This document shows, piece by piece, positions 1 through 6,071 of a stretch of 11,527 bases of DNA; the first letter of the stretch is position 1, and each line of letters opens with the position of its first letter. The translations under genes and the position numbers were made by a program. Below the pieces are notes generated by a model. That model had not been told where the DNA came from, did not search any database, and saw nothing but the letters and a program-made list of their open reading frames with translations. Where the stretch lies: positions 1 to 11,527 of the forward strand of contig CAXHAT010000226.1 of NCBI GenBank assembly GCA_964014485.1. Direction: 5' to 3'. The stretch comes from an uncultured Deferribacteres bacterium. GTDB lineage: Bacteria; Zhuqueibacterota; Zhuqueibacteria; Zhuqueibacterales; Geothermadaptataceae.

Positions 1-175
1 GGCTTCTATAACTGGCGAAGAAGGCCGGAATTGTCATGCTGGAAGCATCTTTTTTGATCCAACCCTTGAACTTTTGAGCATGATCTGCACTGAGCGACAA
101 CAAAGATTCCTTCAGAATGACAAAACGGAGCCTTCCGACGGCTCGAAAATACAGTTTACAAAAAGTGTCAGGTAG
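1..175 (+). repeat. Copy A of ~190-bp palindromic MITE/REPIN-like element (left end cut off by window edge)
   Basis: Colinear by eye with 1013-1177 and with the reverse complement of 5711-5885. Ends in AAAAGTGTCAGGTAG (161-175). Inner imperfect inverted repeat 31-56 / 98-123. Confidence 0.9.
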
Positions 176-191
176 AGAGTCAGTCTATTAT

Positions 192-932
192 TTATGCAGG
201 CGGAGCGCTGCGCAGCTTGATCGGCTTTGCTGTTTTTTTTCGAACGCGCATGTTCAGCATTTCCACGAAAACGGAAAACGCCATGGCGAAATAGACGTAG
301 CCCTTGGGAATATGCATATCAAAACCTTCGCCAATCAAGGTCACGCCGATCAAAATGAGAAAGCTTAAAGCCAGAATTTTAATTGTTGGATGATTTTCGA
401 CGAAACGGCTGATTGCGCCTACAAACGCCATCATGAAAATAACCGCTGCGATAACGGCGATTACCATAATTGATACATGATCAACCAAACCGATCGCGGT
501 GATGACGGAATCGAGTGAAAAAACGATGTCCAAAATGCCGATTTGGATGATCACGCTCATAAACGAAGCCGCCGCTTTGCCGCCGCCATGGCCTTCTTCG
601 CCTTCAAGCTTATTGTGAATTTCCAGCGTACTTTTCGCAAGCAGGAAAAGTCCGCCAATAATCAGGATTAGGTCACGCCCGGAAACCTCTTGCGCAAAGA
701 CGACAAACAGCGGCTTGGTTAATTTCATGATAAATGTAAGCGACAGGAGCAGCAAAACGCGCGATATCATCGCGATGGCCAAACCGATCGTACGTGCGCG
801 CTGCTGTTGCGCTTTGGGCAGTTTTCCAGCTATAATCGAAATAAAAATAATGTTATCAATGCCCAAAACGATTTCGAGAATTGTAAGCGTGCCTAGCGCT
901 ATCCAGGCTTGCGGATCAGACAGCCATTCCAC
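192..932 (-). CDS. ygdQ: TerC family (UPF0053, YgdQ-type) integral membrane protein
   Basis: Motifs LEIVLGIDN and ILDIVFSLDSVITAIG, multiple hydrophobic helices. N-terminus WLSDPQAWIALGTLT closely resembles E. coli YgdQ as recalled. GTG start preceded by GGAGGA (939-944). Confidence 0.92.
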   Translation of the reverse strand: MEWLSDPQAWIALGTLTILEIVLGIDNIIFISIIAGKLPKAQQQRARTIGLAIAMISRVLLLLSLTFIMKLTKPLFVVFAQEVSGRDLILIIGGLFLLAKSTLEIHNKLEGEEGHGGGKAAASFMSVIIQIGILDIVFSLDSVITAIGLVDHVSIMVIAVIAAVIFMMAFVGAISRFVENHPTIKILALSFLILIGVTLIGEGFDMHIPKGYVYFAMAFSVFVEMLNMRVRKKTAKPIKLRSAPPA

Positions 933-991
933 GGAATATCCTCCAACAAAATCTTGATTTACTCGGCGCCCTGAGTTAGAAGCAGATTTCG

Positions 992-1177
992 CTGCCTGAC
1001 ACTTTTTATGTGGACTTCTGTATCTGGCGAAAAGCCTGGGATTGTTATGCTGGAAGTATCTTTTTTAATCTAACCTTGAGCTTTAAGCACAAAGCTATAA
1101 CAAAGATTCTTTCAGAATGACAAAACGGGACTTTTCGCCGGTTCAAAATTGCAGTTCACAAAAATAATGTCAGATAG
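992..1177 (+). repeat. Copy B of ~190-bp palindromic MITE/REPIN-like element (186 bp, degenerate ends)
   Basis: Starts CTGCCTGACACTTTTT and ends AATAATGTCAGATAG. Same orientation as copy A. Arms pair as a long hairpin (e.g. CTGGCGAAAAG/CTTTTCGCCGG, TGTGGACT/AGTTCACA). Confidence 0.9.
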
Positions 1178-1388
1178 CGAAGAACCAGATAAATGAGCGA
1201 TCCGAAAGTCATAATTTTGCAGAATAGATTTTTTTCGCGAGAATGGCAAAAGATTTAGGGGTAAGCAGGTATCGGAAGGAAAGAGTTCAGCGCAATAAGC
1301 CCCAAAACGCCCCGGAGCATGACGCGCCACATATTCTCAAAGTTCGCGGCGCGTTGCAATATTCTATTTTCTACAAGGTCAAATGACC

Positions 1389-2903
1389 TTATTTCAAATA
1401 AATCATCTTGCGGGTTTGGACAAACTCCCCAAGATTCAGGCTGTAAAAATATTGTCCGCTCGGCACGCGCAAACCCTGCTCGTTTCTTCCGTTCCACCGC
1501 ACCTCATAAACGCCCGGATATTGATTTTCATGAACCAACGTTCGCACTTTTTGGCCGGTACGGTTGTAAATCGCCAAACCAACTTTGCTGGTGTGCAGCA
1601 ATTTGTAGCGGATAATCGTTGACGGATTAAACGGGTTCGGATAGTTTTGCTCCAGCGCAAAAGCATTTGGAGTGAGATTATTTTCCGGCACAGAAACAGC
1701 CGTGCCGGATTCAAAAACATAGGCCGCGCCGGTATTTTCCGCCCCAACATCTTCCAGCCAAGCCCCCACGACAAAACGATTTCCGTCTATAGCGCCGGAG
1801 ACGCCGAACGCGTCGTTTTCAGCGCCGTCATTCGCAAGCAGTTTTTCTTGCTCCTGCCAGTCGTCGCCGTTTTTTGCAAAAAGATACGCAGCTCCCGCAT
1901 CCTGGCCTTTATCGTCATCTCCGGAAGCCGCCACGACGAGGTTATTGCCTGAGATTGACACGTCGCATCCGAATTGATCTCCAGCGGCGCCTGTTTTCGC
2001 CGTCAGCTTTCTTTCTTCTTTCCAGGCGTTGCTTTGCAAGTGAAAAATATAGACGGCGCCGGCGTCCGCGCCTTTTTCATCATTCAAATGCGCGCCAACG
2101 ACTAATCGCTCGCCGTCAAATGCGATGCTCCCGCCAAACTCGTCTTCTTCGGCTGCGTCGTTAGCAGTTAGTTTTGCACTCTCAATCCACGCAGCGCCCT
2201 TTCTCTGAAAAATATAGACGGCGCCGGATTTTTTTCCTTTTTCATCTCGTTCGGGTGCGCCGATTGCGATATGTTCGCCTGCGATAGCCACGTCGGCGCC
2301 AAAAGCGTCTCCGCTTTCACTGTCGCTTGCACCCAACTCAGCGACTTCCACCCAGCTTTTGCCGTCTAGCTCGTAAACGTATGCTGAGCCCGATCCGCCG
2401 TTGTCGCCCTTCACGCCAACAACGGCGATATTTCCTTCGATGGCGACTGAAAATCCAAAAAGATCGTCTCGTTCAGCATCTTTTTTGACGACTTTTTGCA
2501 ATTCGTTCCACTGCCCGTTTTCAAACTGAAAAAAGTAAGCGGCTCCTGATTCTTTTCCTGCGTGTCGATCTCCGCAAGCGCCGACAATCGCGTTGGCACC
2601 GGACAAAGCAACGTCCCAGCCAAACTGTGCGTAGGAGCTGACGTCGCTCGCAACAAGTTTCTGTTTTTCCCGCCAACCGCCTTCGTCAAACTGGAAGATG
2701 TATGCTGAACCAGAAAAACTGCCGCTCGGCCTGTCTCGATGTGCGCCGACTAAAATCTGGTCGCCCTCAATCGCGACGGCATTGCCAAATTCATCGGCTT
2801 TCGAGCCTTCACTGGCCGTCAGTTTTGAGTTGGTTATTTGCTGAGCTTGCGCCAAACCAGCAAACATGAGCGTCCACCAAGTCGCTCGTAAATATTTTTT
2901 CAT
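1389..2903 (-). CDS. Secreted FG-GAP repeat (7-bladed beta-propeller) protein with C-terminal T9SS-type/FlgD-Ig-like sorting domain
   Basis: Seven ~55-aa repeats of the form KLxAxD...FGxxVAIxG...VVGA...GAxYxF. Signal peptide MKKYLR...AQA|Q. C-terminus EQNYPNPFNPSTIIRY...GQKVRTLV...RKMIYLK. ATG at 2903 has GGAGG 5 nt upstream, so it is preferred over the ORF-track start at 2915. Confidence 0.88.
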   Translation of the reverse strand: MKKYLRATWWTLMFAGLAQAQQITNSKLTASEGSKADEFGNAVAIEGDQILVGAHRDRPSGSFSGSAYIFQFDEGGWREKQKLVASDVSSYAQFGWDVALSGANAIVGACGDRHAGKESGAAYFFQFENGQWNELQKVVKKDAERDDLFGFSVAIEGNIAVVGVKGDNGGSGSAYVYELDGKSWVEVAELGASDSESGDAFGADVAIAGEHIAIGAPERDEKGKKSGAVYIFQRKGAAWIESAKLTANDAAEEDEFGGSIAFDGERLVVGAHLNDEKGADAGAVYIFHLQSNAWKEERKLTAKTGAAGDQFGCDVSISGNNLVVAASGDDDKGQDAGAAYLFAKNGDDWQEQEKLLANDGAENDAFGVSGAIDGNRFVVGAWLEDVGAENTGAAYVFESGTAVSVPENNLTPNAFALEQNYPNPFNPSTIIRYKLLHTSKVGLAIYNRTGQKVRTLVHENQYPGVYEVRWNGRNEQGLRVPSGQYFYSLNLGEFVQTRKMIYLK

Positions 2904-3005
2904 TGAAGCCTCCATGCTGCAATTTCAAAGATGTTATTGTCCCTTTCCCTGGACGCCAATTCTGCAATTTTTGAAAAATGATAGGCAGGAAATTTTTCTC
3001 ACGGT

Positions 3006-3035
3006 TGTAAAAGGCAATGTTTGTGCCCTTTTACA
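3006..3035. promoter_or_regulatory. Perfect 9-bp inverted repeat TGTAAAAGG-N12-CCTTTTACA, candidate operator or leader hairpin
   Basis: Seen directly, about 100 bp upstream of the FG-GAP start codon. Function is inferred only. Confidence 0.35.
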
Positions 3036-3110
3036 GAGAACTTCGGTGCGAAAAAATTGAAATGGGAGATTGATGCTGGTTGGTCAAAATGCAGCGGGAA
3101 AAAACTTATT

Positions 3111-3180
3111 TGAGAAGAGAGAAACAGATGAATGTTTTTCACTCATCTGTCCATCTCCTGAATAAACAGGCTCTCTTCAA
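3111..3180 (-). terminator. Structured RNA element downstream of the LytTR gene (probable terminator or stabiliser, possibly a 3-way junction)
   Basis: Minus-strand RNA gives an 11-bp stem ACAGAUGAGUG-AAAAA-CAUUCAUCUGU (one G-U pair, an A-C mismatch on the + strand) followed by a pyrimidine run UUCUCUCUUCUC. An extra stem CCUG/CAGG and a closing stem GAAGAGAG/CUCUCUUC are also possible. Confidence 0.5.
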
Positions 3181-3216
3181 AAATCTATACTGTGAGGTGA
3201 GATATTAGAAACGGTC

Positions 3217-4017
3217 TTAGGCTTGAAACTTCGGGTTTTTCGTTGAAAGAAACTCTTTAATTGGCTTCGCGCGTGACGCACTGAGCGGCAAACTGCGCTT
3301 CTGCGGCTCTTTCAACAAAACCTTGCTGCGTCCGCCGGAGATTGGAACAATGTCCCTGATACGGCTGACATTAACGATGGCCGAACGATGGATTCGCGCA
3401 AAACCGCCTGGATCGAGTCGTTTTTCGAGTTGATCTAACCCGAGATCGATTGGATAACGCCTGATCTCAGTGTATGCATAAACGAGGCGAAATTCGGTGC
3501 CGAACCAAATTACGCGCTCTACCGGCAGCAGTCTGAAACGGCCTTGGTGTTTTACCACCAAACGGTTCAAATACGACCGTTTGCCGATAACACTGCTCGG
3601 CGGCGTAAATTTCGGGGCTCCGTTGCCTTCAACTTTTTTCTTGGGCTTGTACAAAGCGTCGAGCAAGTCCCTCAAATGCTGTGCGTCGACCGGCTTCACC
3701 AGGTAGTAACCGCCCATCTCCATAATCATGGATTCCGCATTTTGCGGTTCCTTGCAGACTACGACTTTGGGGATGTCTTTGGTGACGCCGTTCAGGCTTT
3801 GAAGTTGAGAACAGAGAGGGAAGGCTGAAAAGATGAGATTGGGGGAAAATCGCTCAATTTTTTTGTGGGCTTCCGCAACGTTAGACGCTTCGGCAATTCC
3901 AGTGAATTCAGGGGCGATTTCTCGTAGCAGCCTAGATAGTCTTTGTCGCGAGTGAAGCTCTTCATCAATGATTAAAGTAATGAGAGGATCTCGCGTAGAG
4001 GAATGATAAAAACTCAC
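3217..4017 (-). CDS. LytTR-family DNA-binding regulator with atypical (pseudo-)receiver domain
   Basis: N-terminal REC-like fold (LIIDEE...YLVKPVD). C-terminal LytTR motifs LEKRLDPGGFARIHRSAIVN and LPLSASR. GTG start with AGGAGG RBS (4024-4029). Confidence 0.88.
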   Translation of the reverse strand: MSFYHSSTRDPLITLIIDEELHSRQRLSRLLREIAPEFTGIAEASNVAEAHKKIERFSPNLIFSAFPLCSQLQSLNGVTKDIPKVVVCKEPQNAESMIMEMGGYYLVKPVDAQHLRDLLDALYKPKKKVEGNGAPKFTPPSSVIGKRSYLNRLVVKHQGRFRLLPVERVIWFGTEFRLVYAYTEIRRYPIDLGLDQLEKRLDPGGFARIHRSAIVNVSRIRDIVPISGGRSKVLLKEPQKRSLPLSASRAKPIKEFLSTKNPKFQA

Positions 4018-4304
4018 TTCCTACCTCCTAACTTTTCATTCCCGGCACACTGTTTAGCGAGGATTGAATAAACGATCTATAATTTAAACTTAAAAAAATA
4101 AAGTGAAAGATTTTTTTTAAAATTTAGTCGTAAATTCCCGCAAAACAAAAGGGCGATGCTGCAACTAAAACGTTTAAACGAAAAGCTCTGTTTTTCAGCC
4201 TAAATTTGGTTAGAAATGGCAGCGTTTTCCGAAACTGCGACAAGAGCCGCGTTCAAGCGCCATCGAAAGTCTGCGGTTTTGCGAAGGTACGATGATCAGT
4301 TTTT

Positions 4305-5669
4305 TTAATGCTGAATCATCTGTTTCGGCTGAATGTTGTAAGCTTTCAGGCGACGGTAAAGCGTCGTTTTCGAAAGACCCAGAATTTTGCCGGCGCGCTT
4401 TTGATTCCAATGCGTATCCCCAAGGACTTTCAGAATATAACTTTTTTCTACGTCCGCCAACGTCGGCGTTCCCGAGTCGGAGTCCAACAAAAACTCGAGG
4501 CTGTGAAGAATGCGCTGAGGCAAGTGGCTGACGCCCAATTCACGCGTGGGAGAAAGCGCCACGCCATGCTCAACCGCATTCATCAATTCCCGAATATTGC
4601 CAGGCCACTTGTACTGCGTCAGTGCGTTGAGCGCGTCTGAAGTAAACGCTTCGATAGACTTTCCGAATTTCTCGGCATACATCTTGAGAAAATGTTGGGC
4701 AAGAATCGGGATGTCTTCCTGGCGTTCACGCAGAGGAGGTAAATGGAGCGGAATAACGCTGATGCGATAATACAAATCTTCGCGAAACTCAGAGTTTTGC
4801 ATCGCGACCTGCAAATCTTTATTCGTCGCCGCAATTATCCGAACTTTGACCTGCTTATTTTCGTTAGAACCGACCCGCCGAATCTCTCCGTTTTGTATAA
4901 ACCGGAGCAACTTCACCTGGAGCGTTGGGCTGGTTTCCGCAACTTCGTCCAGGAAAAGCGTGCCGCCGTCCGCTTCTTCGACCAAGCCGCGCTTATTGGT
5001 GATCGCTCCGGTAAACGCACCTCTGACGTGTCCAAAAAGCTCGCTTTCCAAAAGCTGTTCCGGCAAACCGCCGCAGTTCACCGGTATAAAAGGCTTGTCG
5101 GCGTATGGGCTGCGATTATGAATGACGCCCGCGACCAACTCTTTGCCCGTGCCGCTTTCTCCAGTAATCAGAACGTTGCTGTCCGTGTTTGCCACCGCAA
5201 GCGCATTTTTGATGATGTTCCGCATTTCCTGATTCGCGGTGATGATTGTATCCACCCCATACTGCTCTTGCATGCCGCGCTCAAGCATGCGAACGCGCAT
5301 ACGCAATTGGTTGTGCTCCAACGCTTTCTCAACGGTGATCAGCAGTTCATCCGACTTAAACGGCTTGGTTAAGTATTCGTACGCCCCGTTTTTCATCGCT
5401 TCAACGGCATTGTCGATCGTGCCGTACGCCGTCATAATGATGACTTCAATATCCTGGAAAACGCGCTTTGAGTGGCGCAAAACTTCCAGGCCGTCAATGC
5501 CCTGCATCCGCAGGTCGCACAGCAGAACGTCGTAAATGTTTCGCTCAATCAACTTGACGCCGTCTTCGCCGTTACGCGCTTCCTGCACGTCGTAACCGGC
5601 GCGCTTCAACGTGATCGAGATTGTTTTCCTAACAGCGCGATCATCGTCAATAACCAGTATTTTCGCCAT
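4305..5669 (-). CDS. Sigma54-dependent two-component response regulator (NtrC/AtoC/ZraR family: REC-AAA+-Fis HTH)
   Basis: REC KILVIDDD...LCDLRM...MTAYG...TKPF. Walker A GESGTGKE, intact GAFTGA, Walker B LFLDEV, WPGNIREL, HTH AGKILGLSKTTLYRRL. ATG at 5669 preferred over the GTG at 5711, which abuts the repeat end. Confidence 0.95.
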   Translation of the reverse strand: MAKILVIDDDRAVRKTISITLKRAGYDVQEARNGEDGVKLIERNIYDVLLCDLRMQGIDGLEVLRHSKRVFQDIEVIIMTAYGTIDNAVEAMKNGAYEYLTKPFKSDELLITVEKALEHNQLRMRVRMLERGMQEQYGVDTIITANQEMRNIIKNALAVANTDSNVLITGESGTGKELVAGVIHNRSPYADKPFIPVNCGGLPEQLLESELFGHVRGAFTGAITNKRGLVEEADGGTLFLDEVAETSPTLQVKLLRFIQNGEIRRVGSNENKQVKVRIIAATNKDLQVAMQNSEFREDLYYRISVIPLHLPPLRERQEDIPILAQHFLKMYAEKFGKSIEAFTSDALNALTQYKWPGNIRELMNAVEHGVALSPTRELGVSHLPQRILHSLEFLLDSDSGTPTLADVEKSYILKVLGDTHWNQKRAGKILGLSKTTLYRRLKAYNIQPKQMIQH

Positions 5670-5710
5670 CCCTGCGTTCCCTTCCCGTCTTTGAAATTTC
5701 CATTTACTCA

Positions 5711-5905
5711 CTACCTGACACTTTTATAAACCGTCATCTCAAACCGACGAAGAAGCCCCAATTTGTCATTCCGGAGGAATCTTTGTTATCGTCCGGCACA
5801 GATTCGCCCCAAACCTTCAAGGGTTCGATCAAAAAAATGCTTCCATCATGACAATTCCGGGCTTTTCCACCAGTTTCAGAAAACTGTATCAGAAGTGTCA
5901 GGTAG
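5711..5905 (-). mobile_element. Copy C of ~190-bp palindromic MITE/REPIN-like element (195 bp, both ends intact, inverted relative to A and B)
   Basis: Perfect 13-bp terminal inverted repeat CTACCTGACACTT (5711-5723) / AAGTGTCAGGTAG (5893-5905). Its reverse complement aligns with copies A and B. No coding capacity. Mobility is inferred, not shown. Confidence 0.85.
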
Positions 5906-5937
5906 CAAGGTCTATTTATAAAAGTTCAGAATCAGGC

Positions 5938-5967
5938 AAAAAAAAGCCGACAGAAATTACGTCGGCT
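5938..5967 (-). terminator. Rho-independent terminator ending the 11.5-6.07 kb gene run
   Basis: Minus strand AGCCGAC-gtaatttct-GTCGGCT whose last T begins a T8 run, about 105 nt downstream of the TPR gene stop. Confidence 0.85.
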
Positions 5968-6008
5968 CCTAAAAATCTTATAGCTATTTAGCGGCTTTTA
6001 TGCGTTCT

Positions 6009-6058
6009 CAACGTGACACTTTCATCTATACTTCTGAAACCGGCAAAGGTGTCAAGTA
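6009..6058 (+). repeat. Copy D: probable ~50-bp internally deleted remnant of the same element
   Basis: CAACGTGACACTTTCATCTATACTTCTGAAACCGGCAAAGGTGTCAAGTA. Degenerate left end TGACACTTT, then the family sub-terminal motif TTCTGAAACCGG (TTCTGAAACTGG in copy C, TTCTATAACTGG in copy A), then a right end GTGTCAAGTA. Confidence 0.55.
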
Positions 6059-6071
6059 ATGAAACTATAGG

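Noticed and set aside
117..368. Plus-strand and alternate-frame ORFs throughout the track (e.g. 117-368, 4743-5372, 7975-8394, 10149-10796)
   Set aside because: They are antisense or frame shadows of well-supported minus-strand genes and have no recognisable motifs.
1322..1354. GC-rich hairpin ACGCGCCGC/GTGGCGCGT (minus strand) after the FG-GAP gene as a terminator
   Set aside because: 15-nt loop and no U-tract. It may stabilise the mRNA but is not a convincing intrinsic terminator.
933..1388. yybP-ykoY (Mn2+) riboswitch expected upstream of a TerC gene
   Set aside because: No GGGGAGUA or CGUCAAUA / GAGACC-like motifs seen on the minus strand, and much of the region is repeat copy B. A cmscan would settle it.
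1112..1497. Small minus-strand ORFs 1112-1330 and 1255-1497
   Set aside because: They overlap the repeat or the FG-GAP gene end, with no convincing RBS or family features.
4021..4036. CTACCTCCTAACTTTT resembling the repeat terminus
   Set aside because: It is the reverse complement of the LytTR gene's AGGAGG ribosome-binding site, and no other element sequence follows.
4043..4233. Sigma54-like motifs CGGCAC-ACTGT-TTAG (4043) and TGGCAG-CGTTT-TCCG (4218)
   Set aside because: Both lack the correctly spaced -12 GC and lie on the + strand, where there is no downstream gene.
5670..5711. 14-aa N-terminal extension of the response regulator from GTG 5711
   Set aside because: The receiver fold starts at MAKILV (ATG 5669), and the upstream GTG sits on the repeat boundary.
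1..5905. CRISPR array or integron attC interpretation of the repeats
   Set aside because: Units are ~190 bp, dispersed and in mixed orientation, with no cas or integrase gene and no RYYYAAC/GTTRRRY ends.
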